A DNA stretch of 63,244 nt, from NCBI RefSeq assembly GCF_001194135.2, contig NC_068982.1:175892591-175955834 (forward strand). The letters are read 5' to 3'. The DNA comes from Octopus bimaculoides. Lineage: Eukaryota. The notes below the pieces were generated by a model. That model was not told the origin of the DNA and did no database searches. It was given only the letters and a program-made list of their open reading frames with translations. Shown here in pieces: positions 1 to 12,647 of the stretch. The translations under genes were made by a program, and so were the position numbers. Each line of letters starts with the position of its first letter. Within the stretch, counting starts at the first letter, position 1.

Positions 1-21
1 ATATATATATATATATATATA

Positions 22-356
22 GGCGGGGCACCTTGGGCAAGTGTCTTCTACTATCGCCTCGAGCCGACCAAAACATTGTGATTGGATTTGGTAGACGGAA
101 ACTGAAAGAAGCCCGTCGTATATATATATGTGTGTGTGTATAGATATGTTTGTGTCTGTGTTTGTTCCTCCCCTCCCCAACATCGATTGACAACCGATGG
201 TGGTGCGTTTGCACCCCCGTAACTTAGCGGTTCGGCCAAAGAAACCCATACAATAAGTACTAGGCTTACAAAGAATAAGTCCTGGGGTCGATTTTCTCAA
301 CTAAAGGCGGTGCTCCTGCATGGCCACAGTCAAAACGAGTGAAACAAGTAAGAGAA
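22..356 (+). mobile_element. SINE family A copy, 5'-truncated (CORE-like segment + internal microsatellite + 3' module)
   Basis: CACCTTGGGCAAGTGTCTTCTACTAT...GGTAGACGGAAACTGAAAGAAGCCCGTCG-(TA/TG)n-...CTGGGGTCGAT...GCATGGCCACAGTC; the same sequence recurs many times in the window. Confidence 0.85.
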
Positions 357-809
357 TATATATANNNNNNNNNNNNNNNNNNNNNNNNNNNNNNNNNNNN
401 NNNNNNNNNNNNNNNNNNNNNNNNNNNNNNNNNNNNNNNNNNNNNNNNNNNNNNNNNNNNNNNNNNNNNNNNNNNNNNNNNNNNNNNNNNNNNNNNNNNN
501 NNNNNNNNNNNNNNNNNNNNNNNNNNNNNNNNNNNNNNNNNNNNNNNNNNNNNNNNNNNNNNNNNNNNNNNNNNNNNNNNNNNNNNNNNNNNNNNNNNNN
601 NNNNNNNNNNNNNNNNNNNNNNNNNNNNNNNNNNNNNNNNNNNNNNNNNNNNNNNNNNNNNNNNNNNNNNNNNNNNNNNNNNNNNNNNNNNNNNNNNNNN
701 NNNNNNNNNNNNNNNNNNNNNNNNNNNNNNNNNNNNNNNNNNNNNNNNACAGGTGGATGATTAAATGATTCCCAAGTACTTGACAGATACATTATTATTT
801 CTGGAGGAC

Positions 810-960
810 TTCTGATTTCAAATTCCGCCGAGGTCGACTTTTCCCTTTCATCCTTTCGAGGTTGATAAACTAAGTACCAGTTGAGTACTGGGGTAGATCT
901 AATCGACTGGCCCCCTCTCGCCAAAAAAATTTCCGGCCCTGTGCCTAGAGTAGAAAAAAA
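810..960 (+). mobile_element. SINE family B copy (short-tail subtype; head lost in gap)
   Basis: TTCAAATTCCGCCGAGGTCGACTTT...TTTCATCCTTTCGAGGTTGATAAACTAAGTACCAG...TAATCGACTGGCCCCC...GTGCCTAGAGTAGAAA matches many other copies. Confidence 0.85.
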
Positions 961-990
961 AAAAATTTCATGGGACATTTTTTGTTTTGT

Positions 991-1373
991 CTTTTACTTG
1001 TTTCAGTCACTGGACTGCGGCCATGCTGACGCGCTGCCTTGAATTTTTAGTCGAATCAATCGACCTCAGTACTTATTCTACCGGTCTCTTGGCCGAACCG
1101 CTAAGTTACGGAAGTGCAAGCACACCCACACCGGTTGTCAAGCGATGGTGGTCGGACGAACACCGGCAGAAAGACACATGCAGATATATTTACATACATG
1201 CATACATACATATAGTACGGGCTTCTTTCAGTCTCCGTCAACCAAATGCACTCACAAAGCTTTAGTAGACCCGAGGCTATAGTAGAAAACATTTGCCCAA
1301 ACGGCTACGCAGTGGGACTGAACCCGGAATTACGTGTGTTGGGAAGCAAGCTTTTTACCACACAGCCACGCCT
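991..1373 (-). mobile_element. SINE family A, full length
   Basis: Reverse complement of family A, including the tRNA-like head (GGCGTGGCTGTGTGGTAA...GGGTTCAGTCCCACTGCG). Confidence 0.9.
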
Positions 1374-1600
1374 CCGGAAGATTGAATAACAAATCCTCGG
1401 TGGGATTTGAACTCGGAATATAAATAGCTGGAACGAATCCGCACAGTATTTTCACCAACGCTTTAACGGTTCTGTTAATCTTCCGCCTCTTAAACTATTT
1501 GAGGGCACGTTCATAGAAAATGGTGCCACAGTTGCCAATAAAGAAACGAGTGGTTCTATTTTTGTCAGCGGGTTACTTGGTAGTTTTAGCTTTCAGATTT

Positions 1601-1635
1601 TCATACATGTATATATATTGTTGAATGTTGTTTAC

Positions 1636-1679
<44 letters not shown>

Positions 1680-1686
1680 TTGTGTA

Positions 1687-1732
<46 letters not shown>

Positions 1733-2277
1733 TATGAAAGAATGGAGAAGAAAGGACGGAGAAAGAGAGAGGTTGTTACTCTTTAACTCATTCCACCCAC
1801 TGAGTTGTGGCCATGCTGAAGCAACTCCTATATATGAGTGCATACACATGTACGTGCCAGTGTGCGTGTGTATGTGTGTGTAAATATATATATATATATA
1901 TGACCGCAGCCACTTGGCTGAAACACATAAATAAATAAATAAATATACACACATGTAGATACATAATATGTATATGAGTATAGATATGTATATATATATA
2001 TATATATATATACGTGTGTATGTATACACACAGACATAAAATTAAAACGCTTCCACGCACTGCTGCTCACACATACAAATCTCTTTCGCACACTATTTCC
2101 CCATTACCCTTCGCCACCTTCTCTCTCTCTCTCTCTAGCTGCTTCGTGTGTTACATATAGCTCATTGATTTTTCCCTCTTCCTCTCTTTAGATCTCTAAC
2201 TTTTCACGTTCGTCTGTCTCTCTCTGTCTGTCTCTCTCTGTCTGTCTCTCTCTGTCTGTCTCTCTGTCTCTCTCTCT

Positions 2278-2340
<63 letters not shown>

Positions 2341-2473
2341 ATTATTATGTACACTCGTCCTGTTCTCGCATTCTTTCTCTTCTTTATTTCTTTGCATATC
2401 TCTCCGACACCCGTCTTTCTTTCAAAAAAACTCCCACTCCTCTCTGTCTCTGTTTCTATGTCTCTGTTTTGTC

Positions 2474-2512
<39 letters not shown>

Positions 2513-2599
2513 ACTTTTGTCTGATTTGTGTTCTAGGCCATTCACCTCTTCATACACGCTTTCTTCCAACCCAACTCTCTTTTCTGTAAACCCAGACAT

Positions 2600-2632
<33 letters not shown>

Positions 2633-2733
2633 AACACACATACACACACACATACACTCACACACACACACACGCGCGCGCGCGCGCGCGCCACATAAGC
2701 ACACAATGCTAGGTGCTCTCTCTTTCTCTCTAG

Positions 2734-2786
<53 letters not shown>

Positions 2787-2830
2787 TAGATATATATAGA
2801 CAGATACATTAATATGCATATACTTACGCA
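1601..2830. repeat. Compound microsatellite field (CA)n/(TG)n/(TA)n/(CT)n/(CG)n
   Basis: Directly visible; the source of many spurious ORFs in the track. Confidence 0.95.
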
Positions 2831-3329
2831 CATTCCTTAGTTATTTAGTTTGTTTTAGCCATGTAGTCCAAGGTCATGCTGGAGCACTGCCTTCTTGATA
2901 TATATATATATATATACACACACATAACACACAGAGGCATATGAAGAGAGAGAGAGAAATTATTGTTTGTAAACATGGTAAGCATTGCAGAGATTGAAGG
3001 CAAGATGCAAATGAAACGACACCGCGACGCGGTTTCGATTCCTAGTTGCATTCCTATTCTTTCATGTAGGATTTTTGTTGCTGTATATACGAAATAATAA
3101 TATATTAATAATATATTTTTTATGGCTCTGAGAAAAATCTGTGACCTACCGGGCATTACTGTTTTTTTTTGGGGGGGGGTTTCTTTTTTTGGAGGGGGAG
3201 TGGAGGCATGTCTTTTGCGATCAAAGGCAAACTTATGTGCAGTTACCACTTCGTTCTTTATTCAAGACTTAGTATACATAGGTACCTCTATCTATCTGTC
3301 AGTCCATCCATAGAGCAATGCTACACAAC

Positions 3330-3500
3330 CGATATGCCGCGGCACGCTGGTGTGCCACGAGATGATACCACAGTGTAACCTGAATATAACTTTTTTCACT
3401 TTGCTTTTAGTTATATTTTTAGTTCAGGTGTGCCGCCGAATTTTGAAAGAATATAACTGTAACACAAGTAAAAAAAAGGTTGTGGAGTACAGTCATTGAG
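3330..3500. mobile_element. Possible hAT-type MITE remnant
   Basis: GCCGCGGCACGCTGGTGTGCCACGAG, GGTGTGCCGCCGAATTTTG and AAAAAGGTTG motifs resemble subterminal motifs of hAT/Charlie-like MITEs; the TIRs are degraded. Confidence 0.35.
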
Positions 3501-4479
3501 GATAAAAAGTACCAAAAGTAATTCAACTTTCTTTTTACCAAGTTGAACAGATGAGATGTGAGGACTTTGAGGCTGTTATTTCGAGCAGGTTGAGCGAGCT
3601 GTATACAAGGTTTCGCGTTGGCTTTGACTTAACAAGACAGTTAAATCTTGTATGTTACACGTTGATTCTAGTTCAAATATAGCTATGGGCGATTTTTGAC
3701 ATTTGTCGGGTTGAGAATTAAATCTTATACACTCCTCTACTACAAAATAAAACAAAACTGAAGAAGAAATGAAAAAAAAACGGAAAAAAAAACACATGTA
3801 CGTACGAAGTCTAGTCAAAACAAAATAGGGTATTTGTGTGTGTATATGTGTGTAACAGGAAAAATAGGTTGATTTCTAACACAAGCGCACAGACGCCCTC
3901 AAATTTTGGGACAGCAGTGTAGTCAATCATATTTGCACAAACATTTAAGGATGACATGTCAAATCTACCACGGAGGGATTCGAACGCATATGTATTAATT
4001 GAGAAGTGGAGTAGATTAGCCATATGATTATTAAAACACCCGTATGTGTGTGCGTGCGTGTATATATTTATATATGTACAAGTACTCGTATCGTATTCAC
4101 TCGTGTATAATGCGAGAAATTTGATACAAAACATCAGGGTTAAAACTGGAGCATAACATAATACTTGCAGGTAAAAATAAAACAAAAGATAAGAGGATAA
4201 AATAAACATGTTGCTGATTTTCAGGTACAAAAAGTGGGTGTTGTATTATTTTTGCGATCGCATCGTATTCGAGTAGATATGTTGTGTATTCGGTAACAGA
4301 GTCACTCGTCAAAGCAATAGATACGTGGTTTTGATCCCGTCACCGTATATTTATTCATGACCGTTTCAAACTGTTGCTTCGTATTAAAATATGTAACCGT
4401 ATAAATTAATTCATTGTTTCTTTTGTCGTTGTAAACATTGAACAGAGTTATAAATACATAGTTGTTGGTTGCGAGTGTG

Positions 4480-4519
<40 letters not shown>

Positions 4520-4932
4520 GAAGGTTTGAAAATGCACCCATTCCAAAGACACCCATTTACCTAGCCGGCTTCACCTTTCCAGAAAAAGACCATCAAAAGT
4601 CCCTATTAAATATTCGTTATCCTTACATGCTTACATATCCTTACATATATATATATATACATACACACAGACACGCACAAACTATTTTAGATGTATATAC
4701 TGTATCGTATTTTTGTGTGAAGCTTAAGCTGTACTGCTGTTGTCATATGGATATCAAAATAGAAAATTACAAATATAAATATATATATATGTATGTATGT
4801 ATATATATTATATATATGTCAGTAAATGGTGGGGTTATCAAGGAAAACAGAGCATCTTGTAGCGTATATGGCAACAAATTCGTCAACAAATGTCTCGCAC
4901 TGGTGTTTATAAGGTCTAACGTTACCATCGTT

Positions 4933-4963
<31 letters not shown>

Positions 4964-4969
4964 GAGATT

Positions 4970-5116
4970 GGTGTAGGTGTGTGGTAAGAAGTTTATTTCC
5001 TAAACATATGGTTTGGGGTTCAGTTGCATGGCATGTCACCTTGCGAAGTGAGGTGGATTTGTGAGTGGATTTGGTTGGAGCGGAAACTGAAAAGGAGTCC
5101 GTTATATATATGTATG

Positions 5117-5147
<31 letters not shown>

Positions 5148-5330
5148 TCCCACGCCCGCTTGACAAACGACGTTGGTTTAAGATTCCGTAACTTAGCGGT
5201 TCAGCAAAAAAAAAAAAGCACTAGGATAAATACAAGAGTTTAAAAAATACTGTGGTCGATTTGTTTGATTAAACTCTTCGAGACAGCGCCCCAGCATGAC
5301 CGCAGTCTAATGCTTGAAACAAGTGAAAAG
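4970..5330 (+). mobile_element. SINE family A copy with internal deletion
   Basis: Head GGTGTAGGTGTGTGGTAAGAAG...GGGTTCAG, body GGATTTGG...GGAAACTGAAA, tail GCCCCAGCATGACCGCAGTC. Confidence 0.8.
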
Positions 5331-5336
5331 AAATAT

Positions 5337-5716
5337 ATGGTAAGAAGCATGCTTCCCAATCACATGGTTCCAGGTTCAGTCCCACTGCGTGGCACCTTGG
5401 GAAAGTGTCTTCTACTATAGTCTCCGGCTGACCATAGCCTTGTGAGTGGATCTGGTAGACGGAAACTAAAAGAAACCCGCTGTGAATGTGTGTGTATATG
5501 CGTGTTTGTGTGTGTGTGTGTTTGTTTGTCCCTTCCACCGCTTGACAGTCGGTGTTAGTGTGACAACGTCTCCGTAACTTAGTAGTTCAGCAAAAGAGAC
5601 CCGACAGAATAAGTACTAGGCTTTAAAAAAATATATCCCGGGGTCGGTTTGTTCGACTAAAACCCTTCAAAGTGGTGCCCCAGCATGGCCGCAGTCAAAC
5701 AACTGAAAGAAGTAAT
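5337..5716 (+). mobile_element. SINE family A copy, directly tandem to the previous copy
   Basis: GGTAAGAAGCATGCTTCCCAATCACATGGTTCCAGGTTCAGTCCCACTGCGTGGCACCTTGGG...CCCCAGCATGGCCGCAGTC. Confidence 0.88.
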
Positions 5717-6605
5717 TGCCAAAAGATATATATACATCGGAATGCTTAAAATTGGGGTGGGAACTTGTAGCGTCTATTCCTCCCGCTTTCCTAACCCGCC
5801 ACTTCACAGACCTTAGGAAACCATTAGATTATAAAAGTCATTTCAATCACTATATATGGATAAGATTAGGAAAATGAGTACTCAGTGCGCTATGCGAAGA
5901 ATTTATGGAGTTGTAAACACTCAATAGTTACTCAGACTCTAGAATTCCATGTAAATAAAAGCCGTAAACGCTCATTGGTTACTCTGAAGATCTATTTATG
6001 AATGTGTAAAGACACGGTTGTTACTCGAGCGTTAAAATGCTGTATATAACACTTGTCTAACCGTATGTGTGTAATGATTGGAGTAGAAAGGCGGGGATAG
6101 ACCATTGTTATTCAGAGTATCATACACGGGGTATCCGATCTATCAACGGACGATAAGACAACAAACTATTCGCTTAGACAGTTGGGAATTACGTATGCAC
6201 ACACGCACACACGTGTACATACATACGTACAAACACATACGCACACGTTTTTGTTTGTATCACATGATGGAAAACACTAGTCGTAATTGTTTCGTATTCC
6301 TGTTGCCTGTAATCTTATAGACTTTCTCACGAATAAAGAATTCATTTTCATTGAAATTTTTTACTATTTAACAACATATTTTCGATAGTTTATGCGCGTA
6401 TCTGCTACACTACTGAATCTACCAGAAACTGTGCTCCTAAGAATATGTGTAGCATTTTCTCTTTTTATAAATGTTTAAATGTGCTTGCATACTACATCGG
6501 TTTCGTTTTGTTGGAGTTTTAGTTTGTTATTTCTGGTGTTATTTTAGTGTTGTGGAGAATATAGGCAATGAGAATTGTATTGTTTTATAGCGTGGTGTTG
6601 GCGTT

Positions 6606-6983
6606 TCATAGGAATAATGCTTTCAAGTTATTGTGTTGATTACATGCTCCGTGTGGGAAGCAACTGTGTAGAATGTGAGCTGCGTGGATTGCAGGTGCTA
6701 TAGAATCGGGTACCAGTTCATAAAGCTTCGGACGGGATGCCTTGCAGCATCTGTTGTGGTTCTGATAGCAACGCCTGCAAAGACTCTGATGCCAATCTGC
6801 ATCGGTCCCTGCTGTAGCGCTTAGAATGGATGACACAGAGAAGGAAGACTTGCATGCATGTGCAGCTGCTAGTCTCTGTGGATAGGAACTTCTGAAATGT
6901 TGATTAACGTTCTCTCGAGATATACTGATGTCTGCCGTGTTGTACTTTATGTCAGAGTATGTTGTTATCTTATTGAGTGATAG

Positions 6984-6985
<2 letters not shown>
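6606..6985 (-). other. Candidate exon / unexplained open frame with an eh1-like peptide (KSSFSVSSILS)
   Basis: Repeat-free, GC-richer island. The frame of track ORF 6606..6836 stays open upstream to the (CA)n tract at ~6986. No in-frame ATG and no strong splice site seen. Confidence 0.2.
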
Positions 6986-7033
<48 letters not shown>

Positions 7034-7244
7034 AGAGAGAGAAAGAGTGCGTGTATTAATGTTGTTGTTTTTATCATTTAGATCTAGTGGGGTAGAATGT
7101 TCTTGACATTGTACTCGAGTCGATAAAACAAGTACCAGTCAAGTCTCAGGGTCTATTTTACTGATTGTAAACTCTTGCCTGCCAACAATGCGCGCACTTG
7201 TGACTTTTTTTTCTCTTTCTGACCAATGTTAAATATTTTTATCG

Positions 7245-7400
7245 AGCCCTCATGTTCTGAGTTCAAATCCCTCCAAAAGGCTAACTTTACCTTTCATCCC
7301 CCATCCTAGGGATCGATAAAATGAAGTACTAGTCAAGTACTAGAGTTGATGTAAATCGTCTAATCCCCCCCTTCAGATTTCTTATGTCTATATAAGAAAC
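7245..7400 (+). mobile_element. SINE family B copy, diverged
   Basis: GTTCTGAGTTCAAATCCC...CCTTTCATCC...GATCGATAAAATGAAGTACTAG; a second fragment lies at ~7090-7200. Confidence 0.7.
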
Positions 7401-7680
7401 GATTAAAGTGGCAATGCGTTCACAGTTCAAATATCGTTATGGTTGACTGAGCCGTTCATCCTACCGTATCGATGAAATAATTATTAGCGAAACAGTAAAG
7501 TCTATGTTTGCACCTAAATTTGAACTCATTATCATTACTGACATTATACGTTGTTACTTTACTTTTTATTATTGGAGCTCTTCGCTCACCGAAAACTGGG
7601 TCTGCGGATTCGCTCCAGCTATGTTCGTGACAATAATGCCTGTTACCACCTTTTAATTTTTTGCTTGCCTTCGACACTTG

Positions 7681-7728
<48 letters not shown>

Positions 7729-7738
7729 NNNNNNNNNN

Positions 7739-7781
<43 letters not shown>

Positions 7782-8242
7782 CCCTCTCACTCTCTGTTTT
7801 TCCCTGTATGTCAACTGTTGCTCCTAACCAATTCACACACATGCACATTCGCACAATTAAACACACATACCATTCATGTGTGTGAGTGCGTGCGTGTATG
7901 TGTGTGGTGTGTGTTTGTGTGAGCGGTACTCGTGCGAAAATTGGATAAATGTAAATATTTATCCCACGCACCCGTGCAATATGTACTGTCAGTTGCTTGA
8001 CCTGCCGGGACCAAAGATATCCATCAACGTGTGATATATTCATCAATTGTATTTGGTGGAGAAAAAAAGAGAGGAAGGAGACAGGCCTGTTGTGACGTTA
8101 ACGTATTTTCTTATGCCATTTGCCTTGTACCTGAAACGAAATTGTTATGACTAGGAATAGAAAATACACGAGCGGAGGGAACAAATTCTCGGTGACACAG
8201 TTTCGATTCCCAGTCATGTGCGTGCGTGTGTGTGTGTGCGTG

Positions 8243-8282
<40 letters not shown>

Positions 8283-8879
8283 TGTACGTGCGAGCGACGG
8301 TCTTCCACGTAGTTTCCGTCTACCAAATTCTCAAGGTATCGGTCGGGGCTTTGGTAGAAGATACTTTCTGAAGTTTGTGCTGTGTGAGAATGAACCCGAA
8401 ACCACGTAGTTGTGGAGTGAATTTCTGAATCAGACAATTATGCACCTCCACTCTCTTATTTNNNNNNNNNNNNNNNNNNNNNNNNNNNNNNNNNNNNNNN
8501 NNNNNNNNNNNNNNNNNNNNNNNNNNNNNNNNNNNNNNNNNNNNNNNNNNNNNNNNNNNNNNNNNNNNNNNNNNNNNNNNNNNNNNNNNNNNNNNNNNNN
8601 NNNNNNNNNNNNNNNNNNNNNNNNNNNNNNNNNNNNNNNNNNNNNNNNNNNNNNNNNNNNNNNNNNNNNNNNNNNNNNNNNNNNNNNNNNNNNNNNNNNN
8701 NNNNNNNNNNNNNNNNNNNNNNNNNNNNNNNNNNNNNNNNNNNNNNNNNNNNNNNNNNNNNNNNCACACACACACACACACACACACGAAGGGAGACTAT
8801 GAGCTACTTTAAAACAAAGGATAGATAAATTGTCATTTTATTTCAAACCTATACACACTACCTCCCTTTCTTCCGCTCA

Positions 8880-9590
8880 TTTACTCATCCCCCCCCACCT
8901 CTATCTGTGTCCCTCTCAAGCAATCTCAAGTTTCTCCTCAACCAATTTCTCTTGTATGTCAGTCTCTTAGATACACAATATTTTTCAGTCTGTCATTCCA
9001 CCACATGTTACATAACTCTCAAAAATGTAAGTGATTCTCTCCCTTCGACATTCACTCAGTCTCTCTTTTTCAATTTCTCTCTCTCTCTCTCTCTTATTAC
9101 TCCTCTCTTAAATTACAGTCTTCCCTGTCACTTCCCCTCCGTCGTACCTTTTCTTCGTACACATACACTTCCTTCACTCAAGGCATATATTTCTTTTCTC
9201 TTTTTCTCTCTCTCTCTTCCAACTCAGCTTTTTCACTTCGGTCTCATCTCTTCACTGCTCCTCCTCATCCTTCTCTCTCTCTTTATCCATTGTGTCTTTC
9301 TCTCGATGTCTGTCCCCCTCCCTCTCACTGTCTGGTTATTTTTTCCTAGGTCGTTCACCTTGTACATTCACGCCTCCCTTCTTTCCTTCTCTCACCACGT
9401 CTCACTTATATTTTCCTCTCTCTTCGCATACATTACGCCTCTCACACACACACACATGATGACACACACACACATTGGTACAGTGACACACCCACACGAA
9501 CTCCCTTCTCTTTCACTCCATCTCTAACTTTCTCTCCCCCCCTCTCTCACGTTTTCTTAATTCTCTCCTTTCTCCTCTTCCTCATTACAT
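8880..9590. repeat. Degenerate polypyrimidine/(CT)n low-complexity tract
   Basis: About 700 bp strongly C/T-biased on the + strand; explains the S/L/F-rich ORF 8907..9527. Confidence 0.85.
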
Positions 9591-10586
9591 CATGCATTTA
9601 TTGCTTCTCAGAATATTAGCAAAGTTTGCATGTTGTGTGTATATGTGTGGTTGTGGTGTTATTTAGACTCAGGTCAATGTTTTTTGAGCAGACCAAGCCG
9701 TGCCCATCCCGTCTGATAAGCGATATCTAAAATAAAAATTATCTAATACTTTCTATTCCTTTTTAAGACAGTGTAGTGAGGCGTGAGAAAGATCTGGCTG
9801 CTATTTCTGGAAAACGGAATGATTATGCAGAATCTCGCCCCGCATTTGCACGTTGGACTCTGCGTGCACATCTACAAGTTCGAGCGTACGCAGGTTTGTT
9901 GTACACCAGTGTATGAGCGTGCTAATGTGTGTACTTGTGTTTACTTTCTAAGTGTACGTATGTATGTATGTATGTATGTATGTATGTATGGCTTTGCATT
10001 ATGTAACACAGTGAAATGGTTCGTCTGTAAGCCTTTCACTTGTGTGTGACTGTGTTTGTGTGAGAGGGACGGACAGAGAGGGGGAAAAAGATGCAACGAG
10101 AAAGAGGAGGGGAGAGAGATTTATGTGCAGTGCATGTGTATTTACACACACTCACACATATGATTATATAAATATACATACATGTATGTGCGTGCGTGCG
10201 CGTGCGTATAAGTTTGTGTGCAGTGTGGTTCTTAAATGTATGGTGGTAACATTACGAAAACCTGTTCTTTAGGTTCGCATCTGACATACAGCTGAAGCCG
10301 TATATTATTATCATAGATAACGTTATCAAATGGTTATTTCTGTAAGAATGAAAGGGTACCAGAATCGTTATTTAAAAATTAAATTAAACATTATTCGCTT
10401 ATTAAAATTGCAGTTCCGAATGTGTTTATCAACATTTTCAAGTAAACTTATTTACAACCACTGTAATCAATAGCTTCGGACTATGTGGATATTTGGGGTG
10501 GTTGTGGGATCGATTCTTGGTGGTGGTGGTGGTGGTGGCTGGGTGTGGAGATACTGGTGTGTTAAGTTGGCCAGTGTGGCTGGCAG

Positions 10587-10658
<72 letters not shown>

Positions 10659-10673
10659 CATACATACATACAT

Positions 10674-10720
<47 letters not shown>

Positions 10721-10731
10721 TATATGCATGT

Positions 10732-11060
10732 GAGGGTGCGTGGCTTAGTAGTTAGGGTATTCGGCTCACGATTGTAAGGTCGTGAGTTCAATTCCTGGCA
10801 ACGCGTTGAGCCCTTGAGCAAGACACTTTATTTTCACGCTGCTCCAGTCCACTCAGCTGGCAAAAAATGAGTAGTATCTGTATTTCAAAGGGGCCAGCCT
10901 TGTCACATTCTATGTCAAGCTGAATCTCCCTGAGAAGGACGTTAAGGGTACGCGTGTCTGTGGAGTGCTCAGCCACTTGCACGTTAATTTCACGAGCAGG
11001 CTGTTCCGTTGATCGGTTCAGCTGGAACCCTCGTCGTCGTAACCCACAGAATGCCAGTAA
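10732..11060 (+). mobile_element. SINE family D (tRNA head + CORE/Meta-like body + tail shared with family C)
   Basis: A-box-like TGGCTTAGTAG, B-box GAGTTCAATTCC, body CCTTGAGCAAGACACTT...CTCCAGTCCACTCAGCTGG, tail GTGTCTGTGGAGTGCTCAGCCACTTGCACGTTAATTTCACGAGCAGGCTGTTCCGTTGATCGG. Confidence 0.85.
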
Positions 11061-11074
11061 AAAAGTAATATATC

Positions 11075-11109
<35 letters not shown>

Positions 11110-11539
11110 TATCTTTTACTTGTTTTACTCATTATACTGCAGGNNNNNNNNNNNNNNNNNNNNNNNNNNNNNNNNNNNNNNNNNNNNNNNNNNNNNNNNN
11201 NNNNNNNNNNNNNNNNNNNNNNNNNNNNNNNNNNNNNNNNNNNNNNNNNNNNNNNNNNNNNNNNNNNNNNNNNNNNNNNNNNNNNNNNNNNNNNNNNNNN
11301 NNNNNNNNNNNNNNNNNNNNNNNNNNNNNNNNNNNNNNNNNNNNNNNNNNNNNNNNNNNNNNNNNNNNNNNNNNNNNNNNNNNNNNNNNNNNNNNNNNNN
11401 NNNNNNNNNNNNNNNNNNNNNNNNNNNNNNNNNNNNNNNNNNNNNNNNNNNNNNNNNNNNNNNNNNNNNNNNNNNNNNNNNNNNNNNNNNNNNNNNNNNN
11501 NNNNNNNNNNNNNNNNNNNNNNNNNNNNNNNNNNNNNNN

Positions 11540-11724
11540 GGTATTTCGTCTGCCGCTACGTTCTGAGTTCAAATTCCGCCGAAGTCGACTTTGCCTTTCA
11601 TCCTTTCGGGGTCGATTAAATAAGTACCAGTTACGCACTGGGGTCGATGTAATCGACTTAATCCGTTTGTCTGTCCTTGTTTGTCCCCTCTGTGTGTAGC
11701 CCCTTGTGTGTAGTAAAGAAATAA
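11540..11724 (+). mobile_element. SINE family B (long-tail subtype; head in gap)
   Basis: Near-identical to the copies at 17375-17604, 31534-31766 and 38705-38960. Confidence 0.92.
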
Positions 11725-11783
11725 CACACACACACACACACGACGGGCTTCTTTCAGTTTCCGTCTACCAAATCCATCCACAA

Positions 11784-11945
11784 CAGGCGTGGTCCCAGGA
11801 ATTTTTCGAAGGGAAGGCACAAGGTCAGAAAGGAATACAATTCCAGGAGAAAAGGGCGTAATAACATTATATAGAAAGGCAGCACTTCTTTTCTTGAAGT
11901 GGGCACGTGTCCCTCAGCCCCCATCCACCCTTGGGTCCGCCCCTG
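11784..11945. mobile_element. MITE with CAGG-starting TIRs inserted into a family A SINE
   Basis: Left end CAGGCGTGGTCCCA, right end TGGGTCCGCCCCTG; CACAA duplicated on both sides; interrupts the host sequence AAATCCA..CACAAGGCTTT. Confidence 0.8.
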
Positions 11946-12647
11946 CACAAGGCTTTAGTCGGCCCGAGATTATAGCAGAAGATATTTACCCAAGGCATTA
12001 CGCAGTGGGACTGAACCCAGACCCATGTGGTTGGGAAGTACTCGTATATACACACATACAAATACACACGCATATACTCCTACATATACAAACACATATA
12101 TACACACACTCATATACACATACATATACTCCCACATACACAAACACATATATACACACACACATATACACACACACATGGTTAATCGTTCCGGCTCTTT
12201 GCGCACTGAGTTCAAATTCCGCCGAGTTCAACTTTTACCTTAAAGCCTAGCACTTATTCTGTTGGTCTTTTATGTCGAACCGCTTAGTCACACCAACACT
12301 TGTTGTCAAGCCGTGGTGACACACATACACACACACACGTGACGAGCTTCTTTCAGTTTCCGTCTCACATCTTTCCGAAGCCGGTAAATAAAATGCCAGT
12401 AGAATTGGTTTTCCTCTTTCTCTCTTTCTTTCAATCTGTCCAACTCCCCTTACCTTTATCTTTCACTCGTTCCTCTCACTGCACTGCGACCATGCTGGGG
12501 CACCGCCTTTAAAAGTTTTAGTCTAACAAATCCACCTCAGTACTTTTTTCTTTTTCTTAAGTCTGGTACTTACTTTGTCGCTGCCTTTTTGCCGACCTAG
12601 TAAGTTATGAAGATATGAACAAACAGATATCGGTTGTCAAGCAGTTT

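Noticed and set aside
8907-9527. 206-aa hydrophobic ORF resembling a membrane protein
   Set aside because: It is the translation of a degenerate (CT)n tract and starts at a non-ATG codon.
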